DNA of 46,106 nucleotides from IMG/VR virus record IMGVR_UViG_2939127364_000005, one strand, 5' to 3'. Below, piece after piece: positions 14,381 through 28,361 of this stretch. The notes under the pieces are model-generated. The model made no database searches, was not told the origin of the DNA, and saw only the letters and a list, made by a program, of their open reading frames with translations. Made by a program: the position numbers and the translations under genes. The stretch's first letter is position 1, and every line of letters begins with the position of its first letter. This DNA is from a virus. Its lineage: Duplodnaviria > Heunggongvirae > Uroviricota > Caudoviricetes.

Positions 14381-14807
14381 ACCGGACTCCTCCTGCGATC
14401 CCTTCTGATACTGTCATCAGCATTACGTCATCCTCCGTCATGTCCGCCACATCCGGGGAAGTAGGGATAACTTCATTCCCGTCCGGGCCAAAGCGGACAC
14501 CTCCGGCAAGCCCTGCCGCTTTCTGCATCAGCACATCATCTTCAGGCTCTTCGTCAGCCTCACGCCGGTTCAGCAAACTGAAATCCAGCGGATGCATATC
14601 CGGATCGCTGAAAAACAGGCTGAGCACGGTGTACGTCAGCCCGGAAAAGTGCATATCCAGCAGAACATCATGAAAATAATGGGTACTGTAAAAGCGGTGC
14701 CAGTCGGCATACTCCGTGGATGACATCCCGGCAAGCATGGCACGCCAGTCGGGTCGCCCCATCTCTCGCGCCAGTTTCAGGGCAAAACTCAGCTCACCGT
14801 CGAACAC
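14373..14807 (-). CDS. T: T portion of the G-T tail assembly chaperone, expressed by -1 programmed frameshift from G
   Basis: ORF in the -1 frame overlapping the 3' end of G; slippery heptamer GGGAAAG (minus strand) at 14807-14813. Confidence 0.8.
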   Translation of the reverse strand: MFDGELSFALKLAREMGRPDWRAMLAGMSSTEYADWHRFYSTHYFHDVLLDMHFSGLTYTVLSLFFSDPDMHPLDFSLLNRREADEEPEDDVLMQKAAGLAGGVRFGPDGNEVIPTSPDVADMTEDDVMLMTVSEGIAGGVRYG

Positions 14808-15211
14808 TTTCCCGCAGAAACAGGCTCTGCAGGCCCGGCGTCCTCTGTCTGTTCAGGAGCATCATTCACCACAAACTCATACATACCGGACAGCCGGTAC
14901 ACCACGTTTTCAGCATGAGAAATTGCCTCCGTGGGCCAGGTGGTAAGCACTTCCTGCTCAATCTGTTTAACGGCTTCATTCATGGACGGCATCTGCGTCT
15001 TCTGCGGATGGTTATGCCACAGGGACATCGCCACCAGAAACGCGCCGGTTTTGATGGCGTCTTCCACAGTAAACTTCCGGTTGCTGTCTGACTCCGCCTG
15101 TTCTGCCTGCCGTTTCATCAGGGCGAGATGCTCAATACGCTGCAGGGCTGACAGTTCAGAAAGCGTGACGGTCACACCGTTATGTTCAAATGATTCGGTT
15201 TTCAGGAACAT
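14789..15211 (-). CDS. G: Tail assembly chaperone G (140 aa)
   Basis: MFLKTESFEHNGVTVTLSELSALQRIEHLALMKRQ... matches lambda G as recalled. Confidence 0.9.
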   Translation of the reverse strand: MFLKTESFEHNGVTVTLSELSALQRIEHLALMKRQAEQAESDSNRKFTVEDAIKTGAFLVAMSLWHNHPQKTQMPSMNEAVKQIEQEVLTTWPTEAISHAENVVYRLSGMYEFVVNDAPEQTEDAGPAEPVSAGKCSTVS

Positions 15212-15226
15212 CGCTGACTCTCCGGA

Positions 15227-15967
15227 TTAACTGGCGGTGACGTTGATTTCTGCAACCGCAGCAAACTCACCATTACCGGATACGACCGGAATGTTGACCT
15301 TGCCTGCAGCAACACCTTTCACGGTGATGGTCATACCACTGACCGACACGGTGGCTTTTGTTTTATCCGCAGACACCGCACGGAAGCTCTTGTCGGTTGC
15401 GCACTCCGGCTGGAATGCCACGGTCAGCGTGGTGCTCTGCCCTTTCACTACGGAAGCACTGGCGGGTGTCACCGTCATGCCGGTTGTCGCCGTCACCGTG
15501 CTGCGATCTTCTGCCATCGACGGACGTCCCACATTGGTGACTTTCACCGTGCGGGTGATCACTTCCTTCGCCGTCACCGCCTTACCGATACTGCTGACCC
15601 AGCCACGGAACACATCGACCGTGCCGTTCGGGAAGCGGATTTTATAGGCACGGGTATCGCCTTCATTAAACCACGCCAGCAGCGCCTGCTGCCCCTGCTC
15701 TCCGGGCATCCACGCCAGCGTGAAGCTGGTATCTCCGGCAGATTTCTGCCCCTGCCCGGTCGCAGTCCAGTCCGCATTTTCATCATCGAGATAGCTGTCG
15801 TCATAGGACTCAGCGGTCAGTTCGCCGGGCGTCAGGTCTTTAACTTTTGCCAGACGCGACCAGTCAACGTCTGAAAGCGGATTCGCATAAGGGTCACCGC
15901 TCCCCTTATAAACCAACAGGGTGGTCCCGGCACCTTTCACCGGCATTGTAGGATTTGGTACAGGCAT
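15227..15967 (-). CDS. V: Major tail protein V (246 aa from [10 protein letters not shown])
   Basis: Matches lambda V including the C-terminal Ig-like domain; start chosen by alignment to lambda. Confidence 0.9.
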   Translation of the reverse strand: MPVPNPTMPVKGAGTTLLVYKGSGDPYANPLSDVDWSRLAKVKDLTPGELTAESYDDSYLDDENADWTATGQGQKSAGDTSFTLAWMPGEQGQQALLAWFNEGDTRAYKIRFPNGTVDVFRGWVSSIGKAVTAKEVITRTVKVTNVGRPSMAEDRSTVTATTGMTVTPASASVVKGQSTTLTVAFQPECATDKSFRAVSADKTKATVSVSGMTITVKGVAAGKVNIPVVSGNGEFAAVAEINVTAS

Positions 15968-15974
15968 AGCGTCC

Positions 15975-16370
15975 TCACATTTCATAGGTAATGACATACG
16001 TCAGATCGGCTGAACTCCACAGGCCCGCATCATCGTCGCGCCGGTAGTCATAGCCACTGGCCACCATACTGGTGATCAAATCTGACAGTGCCGGGATATC
16101 GCTCATCACCGGATAAATCCGGGACTCCATCCACGAATCCAGCTCTGAATCCGGCACCTGAGCAGGCAGGAAAACTTCAATATGCAGCTCCGCCTGCCAG
16201 GTATCGCTGTCCAGCTCTTCGCCCGTGTATTCAGCGCCGGTGAGATAAACGGCAATTGCCGGAAAATCCGCCTCATCAAAAACAGCGGGGCGACCATCAA
16301 AAAGCGTCGCCCCGGTGTCATGCTTCTCCAGTGCATCCAGTACGGCTGCACGGAGTTCAGTATGTTTCAT
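15975..16370 (-). CDS. U: Tail terminator protein U (131 aa)
   Basis: [22 protein letters not shown]... matches lambda U as recalled. Confidence 0.9.
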   Translation of the reverse strand: MKHTELRAAVLDALEKHDTGATLFDGRPAVFDEADFPAIAVYLTGAEYTGEELDSDTWQAELHIEVFLPAQVPDSELDSWMESRIYPVMSDIPALSDLITSMVASGYDYRRDDDAGLWSSADLTYVITYEM

Positions 16371-16945
16371 CGCTTTATTACCATTCTCAGTTGATGCTGC
16401 AGCGCATAGCCCAGCTCTTTCGGAAGACGTTCACGCCGTATCCGTTCAATATTCTGTTTAAACGCCGTGGTAAGCGGCACCGCCATCGGGATTTTCACCA
16501 CATCAATGGGGTAACGGTTTTTCCCGGCCACACGCTGCATGACATGCCACCGGCCATTTTTCAGTTGCTGAATAAACGCGCCGGGAATACGACGGTTTCC
16601 CACCACAAGCACGCTGCCGCCACCTTTCAGGGATGAACGCTGCCCCTTTTTACGACGTCTGCGGCGGGAAAGGACAACCCGCGCGTTACCCAGCTTGATT
16701 ACGGGCAAATCCCCCCGGTTAACCCTGATTCTGGCCTGCGGATTTTTGACCGTGGCCCTTTTCAGCCTGGCCCTTTCCTTTACCAGTTTCCGGCGTACCT
16801 TTGTCTCACGGGCAACCTGTGCCACCGACTGCGATATCGCGGATGAAGCAACGCGGTTAATGGCCATTGCGGCGGCACCGGGCACCGCCGTTCTGCTGAT
16901 ACGGCTGAGGTTTTCAACGGCCTGCTCAAGACCTTTTATGGCCAT
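16367..16945 (-). CDS. Z: Tail completion protein Z (192 aa)
   Basis: Matches lambda Z as recalled. Confidence 0.9.
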   Translation of the reverse strand: MAIKGLEQAVENLSRISRTAVPGAAAMAINRVASSAISQSVAQVARETKVRRKLVKERARLKRATVKNPQARIRVNRGDLPVIKLGNARVVLSRRRRRKKGQRSSLKGGGSVLVVGNRRIPGAFIQQLKNGRWHVMQRVAGKNRYPIDVVKIPMAVPLTTAFKQNIERIRRERLPKELGYALQHQLRMVIKR

Positions 16946-16956
16946 ACATCCCCCTT

Positions 16957-17310
16957 TCAGCGGCGACGGTTAACGGCAGGCGGTACGCCCCGCCCAAGCC
17001 AGAGATGACAGCTTCCGCCATCATCCGGCGAAATCCGGTCTATCCAGAAGTTTTCCTCACCGATGGTCAGCGTGTCGCCGCGCCGCAGCTGCCGCACATC
17101 ATCAGTCCGGACAAACAGGGACGGGCTGGAGCCTTCAACGCGCACCCCCTGTCCGGCATAGCTGATATTTTCAGGGTCATCAAAAACACCACGTATCACA
17201 GCACCGGACTGCTCACCGGATGTCATGGTGGCTGACGTTCCCATGTACCCGCGTATCGTTTCATCGGCGCGGGCAATGGCAGCATCGAACAGGTTATCGG
17301 AATCAGCCAC
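16957..17310 (-). CDS. FII: Head-tail joining protein FII (117 aa)
   Basis: MADSDNLFDAAIARADETIRGYMGTSA... matches lambda FII as recalled. Confidence 0.9.
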   Translation of the reverse strand: MADSDNLFDAAIARADETIRGYMGTSATMTSGEQSGAVIRGVFDDPENISYAGQGVRVEGSSPSLFVRTDDVRQLRRGDTLTIGEENFWIDRISPDDGGSCHLWLGRGVPPAVNRRR

Positions 17311-17321
17311 AGCGCCTCCCG

Positions 17322-17717
17322 TTATTGCATTCTGGCCAGGCCATGTTCTGTCATTTCGGCTGCCACACCGGCAGAGACACGAAACGCCGTTCCCGGCAGC
17401 ACAAATGCCACAGGTTCATCCCGCGTGGCGTGAAGTGCATCGGTATGCAGCGTCACCAGTGCCACAACCGTGACCAGAGCAGCCGTATCAGTCACGGTAT
17501 CCGTCTGTGCTGATACCACCTCATTTTCATGTCCGGTCAGCGCATTTTCCGGGCTGACAGACGTGTCCTGACCGGCTGCGTTATCCGTGTCATCAAGCTC
17601 CTCTTCCAGCTCTGCCACACGGAGCGCCAGTTCTTCTTTCGTTCCCGTCAAACTGACATCGCGGTTCAGTTGCTCACCCAGCTCCTGAAGACGGGCAATC
17701 AGTTCATCTTTCGTCAT
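17322..17717 (-). CDS. FI: DNA packaging protein FI (132 aa from MTKDELIARL)
   Basis: Matches lambda FI as recalled; start chosen by alignment. Confidence 0.85.
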   Translation of the reverse strand: MTKDELIARLQELGEQLNRDVSLTGTKEELALRVAELEEELDDTDNAAGQDTSVSPENALTGHENEVVSAQTDTVTDTAALVTVVALVTLHTDALHATRDEPVAFVLPGTAFRVSAGVAAEMTEHGLARMQ

Positions 17718-17758
17718 GGACTCCTCCACAGAGAGAAAATGGCCCCGAAGGGCCATGA

Positions 17759-18784
17759 TTACGCCAGTTGAACGGACACGAACTCATCAGGATCAGCCAG
17801 CAGCATCAGCGGTGCTGACTGAATCATGGTGAACTCACGCGCCGGATCGCCGGTGGTCACCCAGTTTTTCGGGTAACGGGCAGAGGCGTTAATGCCTTCG
17901 CGCTGTGCGTCCGCATCCTGAATGCAGCCATAGGTGCGCAGACCGCGAGCCTGAGTGTTCCCCAGCACCATCGTGTTGTCCGGCAGGAAGTTCTTTTTGA
18001 CGCCGTTCTCCACGTACTGTCCGGAATACACGACGATGGCCACATCGCCATACATTCCCTTATAGGACACCGCTTTGCCCAGGTCTTTTACCGCTGTCTC
18101 CAGCTCGGAATGAGAGCCGCGACGGGTATCCAGCTTCTCCCTGACGGCTTTGAAGGAACGGAACAGCGCCCAGCCTTTCGGGTCAAACACGATGATATTC
18201 ACCACGCCGCTGGCGTTCAGCGCGTAGGCTTCGATATCGTCGGTCGGGTCATACGTGGACTTGTCACGCTTGCTCCACTCCGTGACGCCAGACTGTGTGA
18301 TGTTATTCGCTTCACTGCGGCCCATATCCACCTCAACCGGATCGAAGGCTTCACCGGTCATGGTGTATTTGCCCTTGAGCACGGCAGAAACTGCCTGCAT
18401 CTCTTCGACCTGAGCAATGGCCAGCTCTTCGTCTCGCATGTTCTGCATGATGATGCGACGGCGGCGGTAAGCCGGGTCCGCCAGATTCTGTGGATCTTCA
18501 TCCGGCAGGCGACGCAGGGTCATCTGCGGATTCACCTCATGCTTGGGTTTGACATATCCCGGCGTAAATTCAGAGGTGGAGCCGCCACGGGAACGGATAA
18601 CCTCACCGGAAACAATCGGCGAAACGTACAGCGCCATGTTTACCAGTCCCGGAATTTGTGAGAGATAGACTTTCTCCGTAGTGAAGGGATAGCTCTCACG
18701 GAAAAAGAGACGCAGAAACAGCGGATCAAACTTAAATTTCTGCTCATTTGCCGCCAGCAGCTGGGCGGTTGTGTACATCGACAT
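17759..18784 (-). CDS. E: Major capsid protein E (341 aa from MSMYTTAQLL)
   Basis: Matches lambda E as recalled. Confidence 0.9.
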   Translation of the reverse strand: MSMYTTAQLLAANEQKFKFDPLFLRLFFRESYPFTTEKVYLSQIPGLVNMALYVSPIVSGEVIRSRGGSTSEFTPGYVKPKHEVNPQMTLRRLPDEDPQNLADPAYRRRRIIMQNMRDEELAIAQVEEMQAVSAVLKGKYTMTGEAFDPVEVDMGRSEANNITQSGVTEWSKRDKSTYDPTDDIEAYALNASGVVNIIVFDPKGWALFRSFKAVREKLDTRRGSHSELETAVKDLGKAVSYKGMYGDVAIVVYSGQYVENGVKKNFLPDNTMVLGNTQARGLRTYGCIQDADAQREGINASARYPKNWVTTGDPAREFTMIQSAPLMLLADPDEFVSVQLA

Positions 18785-18839
18785 AAAAAAATCCCGTAAA
18801 AAAAGCCGCACAGGCGGCCTTTAGTGATGAAGGGTCAGG

Positions 18840-19172
18840 TTAAACGATGCTGATTGCCGTTCCGGCAAACGCGGTCCGTTTTTTCGCCTCGTCGCTGGCA
18901 GCCTCCGGCCAGAGCACATCCTCATAACGGAACGTGCCGGACTTGTAGAACGTCAGCGTGGTGCTGGTCTGGTCAGCAGCAACAGCAAGAATGCCAACGG
19001 CAGCACCGTCGGTGGTGCCATCCCACGCAACCAGCTTACGGGTGGAGGTATTCGGCATCAACGGAGTCATTGCTGGCGTTTTCTTACTCAATCCGCCGGG
19101 CGCGGTTGCGGTATGAGCCGGGTCACTGTTGCCCAGCGGCTGGTAATGGGTAAAGGTTTCTTTGCTCGTCAT
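18840..19172 (-). CDS. D: Capsid decoration protein D (110 aa from [10 protein letters not shown])
   Basis: Matches lambda D as recalled. Confidence 0.9.
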   Translation of the reverse strand: MTSKETFTHYQPLGNSDPAHTATAPGGLSKKTPAMTPLMPNTSTRKLVAWDGTTDGAAVGILAVAADQTSTTLTFYKSGTFRYEDVLWPEAASDEAKKRTAFAGTAISIV

Positions 19173-19181
19173 AAACATCCC

Positions 19182-19577
19182 TTACACTGGTGTGTTCAGC
19201 AAATCGTTAACGGCATCAGATGCCGGGTTACCTGAAGCCAGCGGTGCCGGTGCCCCCTGCATCAGACGATCCAGCGCAGTGTCACTGCGCGCCTGTGCAC
19301 TCTGTGGTGCTGCGGCCAGAATGCGGCGGGCCGTTTCCACGGTCATACCGGGGGTTTCGGCCAGCACGCGTGCCTGTTCTTCGCGTCCGTGAGCCTCCTC
19401 ACAGTTGAGGATCCCCATAATGCGGCTGTTTTCTGCCGCAACCGCTGCGGTGATCTGCGCGTTCACGTCCGGCTGCGCCGCGCTGGCGTTTTCGCCCTCC
19501 GTCGCTGGCACCACGTCAGTAACGTCAGCCTGCGAAGCAGTGGCTGAAACAGTTGTTGATTGAGTCTCTTTGGTCAT
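19182..19577 (-). CDS. nu3: Scaffolding protein Nu3 (131 aa), in-frame internal start within the 3' part of C
   Basis: Internal Met MTKETQSTTVSATASQ... to the C stop gives 131 aa, as described for lambda Nu3. Confidence 0.7.
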   Translation of the reverse strand: MTKETQSTTVSATASQADVTDVVPATEGENASAAQPDVNAQITAAVAAENSRIMGILNCEEAHGREEQARVLAETPGMTVETARRILAAAPQSAQARSDTALDRLMQGAPAPLASGNPASDAVNDLLNTPV

Positions 19578-20481
19578 TCGCCCTCCTGAGAGACGGGATT
19601 TACGTGCATCCAGTGCATCACGCATAACGGTGATCGCATCGGTGCTGTTGACAAGTTCATCAGCCAGTCCGGCATCAATGGCCTCCTGACCGCTGTACAC
19701 TGCAGCCTCGGTATCCAGCACAGCCTGCACGGACAGGCCGGTATATGCCGACACCTTCTGCGCAAACATCCGGCGGGTTGCATCCATCCGGGACTGCAGT
19801 GTCTCCCGGACGTCATCCGGAAGATGGCTGTAGGGGTTGCCATCCACCTTATGGCTGCCGCTGTAAATCAGCGTGATTTCCACGCCCTGTTTCTCCAGCG
19901 CAGCACCGTAATTACTGTGAGCCATCATGACGCCGATGGAGCCTGTCCGGGCGGTCTGCGTGACCAGACGCCGGGAGGCGGCGCTGGCAAGCAGCTGACC
20001 TGCACTGCAGTTCATGTCGTTGGCCAGCGCCCATACCGGTTTTATGTCTCGCACACGGGCGATGATGTCAGCACAGTCAAATGCTCCCGCCACCATCCCG
20101 CCCGGTGTGTCCATATCGAGCAGAATGCCGTCCACCATCGGATCGCTGGCAGCCTGTTGCAGACGGGCGATAATGCCGTTGTAACCGGTCATTCCCGAAT
20201 ACGGCTGCAGCGCCCGCGTCCGGCTGACCAGCGTGCCGGACACCGGCAGCACGGCGATGCCGTTCATGACCTGATAACTGCGGGCCTGTCGTGGTCCGTC
20301 ATCATCACCGGATAATGCCAGCGTCGCGAGTGCCTCCTGGGCAGTCAGGCTGTCGCCGGACACCGCATCCGTCAGGCGGCTGATCCCAAGCTGGCCTGCA
20401 AGCGCACAAAAGAAAACCCGCGCATAGGCGGGTTCAAGCATCAGCGGCTCATTAAAGGCCATGCTGGCAATATGCGGGAGA

Positions 20482-20501
<20 letters not shown>
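19182..20501 (-). CDS. C: Capsid assembly protease C (439 aa, GTG start)
   Basis: (V)TAELRNLPHIASMAFNEPLMLEPAYARVFF... matches lambda C as recalled. Confidence 0.9.
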
Positions 20502-24182
<3,681 letters not shown>

Positions 24183-24208
<26 letters not shown>

Positions 24209-24728
24209 TCAGCAACCCCGGTATCAGTTCATCCAGCGCGGCTGCTTTGTTCATGGCTTTGATGATATCCCGTTTCAGGAAATCAACATGTCGGTTTTCC
24301 AGTTCCGGAAAACGCCGCTGCACCGACAGGGGGAGCCCGTCGAGAATACTGGCAATTTCACCTGCGATCCGCGACAACACGAAAGTACAGAATGCGGTTT
24401 CCACCACTTCAGCGGAGTCTCTGGCATTCTTCAGTTCCTGTGCGTCGGCCTGCGCACGCGTAAGTCGATGGCGTTCGTACTCAATAGTTCCTGGCTGGAG
24501 ATCTGCCTCGCTGGCCTGCCGCAGTTCTTCAACCTCCCGGCGCAGCTTTTCGTTCTCAATTTCAGCATCCCTTTCGGCATACCATTTTATGACGGCGGCA
24601 GAGTCATAAAGCACCTCATTACCCTTGCCACCGCCTCGCAGAACGGGCATTCCCTGTTCCTGCCAGTTCTGAATGGTACGGATACTCGCACCGAAAATGT
24701 CAGCCAGCTGCTTTTTGTTGACTTCCAT
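24183..24728 (-). CDS. nu1: Terminase small subunit Nu1 (181 aa)
   Basis: MEVNKKQLADIFGASIRTIQNWQEQGMPVLRGGGKGNEVLYDSAAV... matches lambda Nu1 as recalled. Confidence 0.9.
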
Positions 24729-24960
24729 TGTTCATTCCACGGACAAAAACAGAGAAAGGAAACGACAGAGGCCAAAAAGCCCGTTTTCAGCACCTGTCGT
24801 TTCCTTTCTTTTTAGGGGGGGTTTTAAATAAAAACATGAAGTTACGGCGAAGAAGAACGGAAACGCCTTAAGCCGGAAAATTTTCATAAATAGCGAAAAC
24901 CCGCGAGGTCGCCGCCCCGTAACCTGTCGGATCGCCGGAAAGGACCCGCAAAATGATAAT
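24729..24960. other. cos: cos site (cosB, cosN, cosQ region); the 12-nt cohesive-end sequence AGGTCGCCGCCC (complement of GGGCGGCGACCT) is at 24906-24917
   Basis: Sequence reads as the reverse complement of the lambda genome ends as recalled (CCGCGAGGTCGCCGCCCCGTAACCTGTCGGATCGCCGGAAAGGACCCGC). Confidence 0.85.
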
Positions 24961-25116
24961 AATTATCATCTACATGTCACAACGTGCATCTACGCCATCA
25001 AACCACGTCAAATAATCAATTATGACGCAGATATCGTATTAATTGATCTGCATCAACTTAACGTAAAAACAACTTCAGACAATACAAATCAGCGACACTG
25101 AATACGGGACAACCTC

Positions 25117-25350
25117 ATGTCAACGAAGAACAGAACCCGCAGAACAACAACCCGCAACATCCGCTTTCCTAACCAAATGATTGAACAAATTAACATCGCT
25201 CTTGATCAAAAAGGGTCCGGGAATTTCTCAGCCTGGGTCATTGAAGCCTGCCGCCGGAGACTGTGCTCAGAAAAAAGAGTTTCTCCTGAAGCAAACAAAG
25301 AAAAGAGTGACATTACTGAATTGCTCAGAAAACAGGTCAGACCAGATTGA
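25117..25350 (+). CDS. Small DUF3950/YlcI-like protein (77 aa), conserved lambdoid right-end ORF
   Basis: MSTKNRTRRTTTRNIRFPNQMIEQINIAL...GSGNFSAWVIEACRRRL resembles E. coli YlcI and the lambda right-end ORF as recalled. Confidence 0.7.
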   Translation: MSTKNRTRRTTTRNIRFPNQMIEQINIALDQKGSGNFSAWVIEACRRRLCSEKRVSPEANKEKSDITELLRKQVRPD

Positions 25351-25407
25351 AGCAATTTAGATAATCGTGCAGACTACGCCCCCTCATATCACATGGAAGG
25401 TTTATCT

Positions 25408-25818
25408 ATGGATCAGGTAGTCATTTTTAAACAAATATTTGATAAAGTTCGAAACGATTTAAACTATCAATGGTTTTATTCTGAGCTAAAACGTCACAAT
25501 GTCTCACATTACATTTACTATTTAGCCACAGAGAATGTTCATATTGTATTAAAAAATGATAATACAGTGTTATTAAAGGGCCTAAAAAACATTGTGTCTG
25601 TCAAATTTTCAAAGGATAGGCATCTTATAGAAACGACCTCTAATAAGCTGAAATCCAGAGAGATCACATTTCAGGAATACAGAAGAAACCTTGCTAAAGC
25701 AGGAGTTTTTCGGTGGGTTACAAATATCCACGAACAAAAAAGATATTACTATACCTTTGATAATTCATTACTCTTTACTGAAAACATACAGAGCACATCA
25801 CAAATGTTTCCACACTAA
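25408..25818 (+). CDS. YbcV-like (DUF1398) protein, conserved lambdoid right-end ORF; start taken at MDQVVIF with a GGAAGG ribosome-binding site
   Basis: ...[30 protein letters not shown]...[15 protein letters not shown] matches YbcV and the lambda right-end ORF as recalled. Confidence 0.75.
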   Translation: MDQVVIFKQIFDKVRNDLNYQWFYSELKRHNVSHYIYYLATENVHIVLKNDNTVLLKGLKNIVSVKFSKDRHLIETTSNKLKSREITFQEYRRNLAKAGVFRWVTNIHEQKRYYYTFDNSLLFTENIQSTSQMFPH

Positions 25819-26118
25819 ACCATAACGTCCGGTTTCTTCCACCATCGCACCGGAAAAGCGACTATGAGGGTAACCCTGCGTCTGTCAGCACAGTAAAATC
25901 CGGTGTGCATCGTTTTTGATTATTCCCGCACACTCACGCAGAAGGAATTCCCCGTCGGGCTACGGTCATGGTTAATGCGGGAATACGGCGACGATACAGC
26001 GCATGATGTGTCAGGCTTGAATACCTTTATCCGTTAAAAGGGATATCAGTTAAGTTATCCCGTGCAGGGTATAAGCCATTATCAAGCCCCCCCGTAGATA
26101 GGCTTTGTAATGACATCT

Positions 26119-26643
26119 TCAATTAATCAGCAGTTCAGGCTGTGTCACCTGCAAGATGTATTCATGCTCGACAGCCAGGACACGCTTCTCTTTCTTCCGT
26201 TCGTTCATTAACCGACTGCCGATCGTACCTTTCAGCTTTGAGCGTGTTTCTTTGATGGCGTAGCGGTGCTGCATTTCTTCGCCAATTGCCATGCGGCGGC
26301 TCAGTTGCTCTGCCATCCAGTTGAATGCTGCGATATAGCTCTCCTTGATTGCCGCAGCAGCTTTCCCGGTGAACCCCATCACAACCATGATCCAGCCATC
26401 TTTCGTCAGGCTGTACATCGGGCGAACCTTGCCCTGCTCATCGATATAATCAGCCGACGCAAAATTGCGTTGGCTAAACTCACGCGAGCAATCAGCCTTA
26501 ACCTGCTCGATTTTCCTGAGAACATCACCGTGTCGCTTGCCGAAGTACTTGGCAATTTTTCTGGATGTGGTAACGACCTCTCCGTTTTTGGCTTGCACCA
26601 TTTCTCGGAAGTCGAAGGCTGGAATAACTGAATGATTATTCAT
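26119..26643 (-). CDS. Rha-family phage regulatory protein (174 aa from MNNHSVIPAFDF; AAGG ribosome-binding site)
   Basis: N-terminal motif VVTTSRKIAKYFGKRHGDVLRKIEQ typical of the Phage_pRha domain; occupies the position where lambda has bor (on the opposite strand). Confidence 0.65.
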   Translation of the reverse strand: MNNHSVIPAFDFREMVQAKNGEVVTTSRKIAKYFGKRHGDVLRKIEQVKADCSREFSQRNFASADYIDEQGKVRPMYSLTKDGWIMVVMGFTGKAAAAIKESYIAAFNWMAEQLSRRMAIGEEMQHRYAIKETRSKLKGTIGSRLMNERKKEKRVLAVEHEYILQVTQPELLIN

Positions 26644-26985
26644 AGCGTCTTTACCTTTTAGAAAGTGAGCCTGTCTCACAGAAAAGCCGCCCGAGAGAGG
26701 TCGCCACCTATAACGGCATTTCTCAGGCTCGCTTACTGAAAGGCTCTCGTTAATATGCGCGTGAGATGCGCTGTGAAATTCAGATATAAAAAGCCCCGCG
26801 AATGCGAGGCTAAATCCTGGTATTTGTAATGAACTGGCTCTTATCTCAACGCAGCCCCTTACTGCGCGCCAGATGCTCAATATCAAGCATCAGCAATGAG
26901 ATGTTTAATCTGGATTTACTCCAGAAGTGATCACCACCCTGTCTACAGAGCCAGATGTGAAGGATGATGAGTAAAATTATCGCTA

Positions 26986-27468
26986 TCATCGAAGGCATTG
27001 CGTCCTAATGTATTCCTGAAGCGTTCTCAGTGCTGTTTGGTCGCGGATAATTCCGTCCCGGATATCGAGAACGTTTCGTCCAGCAACTGGAGAGAGTTCG
27101 ACGGTGGCATCATTGCCCATGCCGGAGGCGCTGGAGGTTTCGGCTGAGGATGGCACAGGGCATTTTCCTTTGACGAGCACCCTGCCACCATTATCAAGCT
27201 TCCGCAGAAGAGCATCATTTTCAGCTTTAGCATCAGCTAACTCCTTCGTGTATTTTGCATCGAGCGCAGCAACATCACGCTGACGCATCTGCATGTCAGT
27301 AATTGCCGCGTTCGCCAGCTTCAGTTCTCTGGCATTTTTGTCGCGCTGGGCTTTGTAGGTAATGGCGTTATCACGGTAATGATTAACAGCCCATGACAGG
27401 CAGACGATGATGCAGATAACCAGAGCATAAATAATCGCGGCGACTCTACTCACTGATCTATCCCCCAA
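26986..27468 (-). CDS. Rz: Spanin inner-membrane subunit Rz (i-spanin)
   Basis: N-terminal half (...[77 protein letters not shown]) matches lambda Rz as recalled; C-terminal half diverges. Confidence 0.85.
   Translation of the reverse strand: MGDRSVSRVAAIIYALVICIIVCLSWAVNHYRDNAITYKAQRDKNARELKLANAAITDMQMRQRDVAALDAKYTKELADAKAENDALLRKLDNGGRVLVKGKCPVPSSAETSSASGMGNDATVELSPVAGRNVLDIRDGIIRDQTALRTLQEYIRTQCLR
27027..27233 (-). CDS. Rz1: Spanin outer-membrane lipoprotein Rz1 (o-spanin), embedded in Rz in the +1 frame
   Basis: [21 protein letters not shown]... with lipobox (VAGC) and proline-rich segment [14 protein letters not shown]. Confidence 0.75.
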   Translation of the reverse strand: MLKLKMMLFCGSLIMVAGCSSKENALCHPQPKPPAPPAWAMMPPSNSLQLLDETFSISGTELSATKQH

Positions 27469-27983
27469 CAGGCTAATGCGCTTTCCTGGTCACGACGAAT
27501 AACCTGTCCATAGCAGTTATTTGAACGTATGCGGCAATCGCGCCCACCATCTTTTATCCACCAGCGAATCGCCTCGCATGCACCTTTACGATCACCGGCA
27601 TTCAGCCGCTTATAAAACGTCGACGGGAAACACTTACCGGGGCCAATGTTATAGGGACAAAATGACGCGATACCCGCTTTCTGTGGTTCGGTCAGTGGCA
27701 CTTTAATATTGCGCCCCACCCATGCCAGCGCCTTATCCCGTTCAATGGCGTTAACCTGGTCGCATTTTTCCTTCGACAGTTTCATACCGGGAACAACGGG
27801 TTTTCCATCCACCACCGTGGCACCCCGACAGATGGTCCAGATGCCGGAACCATCGCGGTATGCCGTTGTGTGGTTACCTTCTTTTTCATCCAGAAACTGG
27901 TCGAGAATATCAGGCGCAGGCGCACCGACGGCAATCAGTGCCAGAACGGCAGCCGACAGGCCGTATCTGATTTTTGCGTTCAT
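27450..27983 (-). CDS. R: Endolysin, GH24 lysozyme type with an N-terminal SAR-like (signal-anchor-release) segment; not the lambda R transglycosylase
   Basis: Weakly hydrophobic Gly/Ala-rich N-terminus ([18 protein letters not shown]) followed by a T4-lysozyme-like catalytic triad spacing E-x8-D-x5-T ([16 protein letters not shown]). Confidence 0.75.
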   Translation of the reverse strand: MNAKIRYGLSAAVLALIAVGAPAPDILDQFLDEKEGNHTTAYRDGSGIWTICRGATVVDGKPVVPGMKLSKEKCDQVNAIERDKALAWVGRNIKVPLTEPQKAGIASFCPYNIGPGKCFPSTFYKRLNAGDRKGACEAIRWWIKDGGRDCRIRSNNCYGQVIRRDQESALACWGIDQ

Positions 27984-28088
27984 GGATATTTATCAGGATT
28001 TATCGGTTTCTGAACCCTGGATATGTTTATCTGTCCCGGCCTGTTGAATCAGGCAAGGAATAGTTAAATACAATAGAGAGGATTGTTT

Positions 28089-28361
28089 ATGGACAATAGC
28101 ACCATTTCTCTACAGGAGTTGCTCGACTGCATTTCCAGGCTTCGGGATGATGTAAATGCCCTTACTGTCGCATTTTCATATCTGGCATTCTCAATTCCCA
28201 AGGAACAAATGCAACCAACACTGGCATCGCTCCAGCTTGAATCACTCAACCCCAAATGGTCCCAGCAACAACAAAATTCTTTCAAGTGGCTGGCGGTATT
28301 ACTGGAAGAAAAATATGCTGGTGAAATTACCATTTCGGCGGAGTCTTCAGAGAACCAGTAA
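28089..28361 (+). CDS. Hypothetical 90-aa protein inside the lysis cassette, opposite orientation to the lysis genes
   Basis: Protein-like translation (MDNSTISLQELLDCISRLRDDVNALTVAFSYLAFSIPKEQ...); GAGAGGA ribosome-binding site about 7 nt upstream of the ATG; overlaps the 3' end of the next minus-strand ORF by about 35 bp. Confidence 0.4.
   Translation: MDNSTISLQELLDCISRLRDDVNALTVAFSYLAFSIPKEQMQPTLASLQLESLNPKWSQQQQNSFKWLAVLLEEKYAGEITISAESSENQ

Noticed and set aside
26644-26886. N-terminal 81 codons of the long ORF containing the Rha gene
   Set aside because: No start context at the upstream position and junk-like sequence; the internal Met with an AAGG ribosome-binding site starts the recognisable Rha domain
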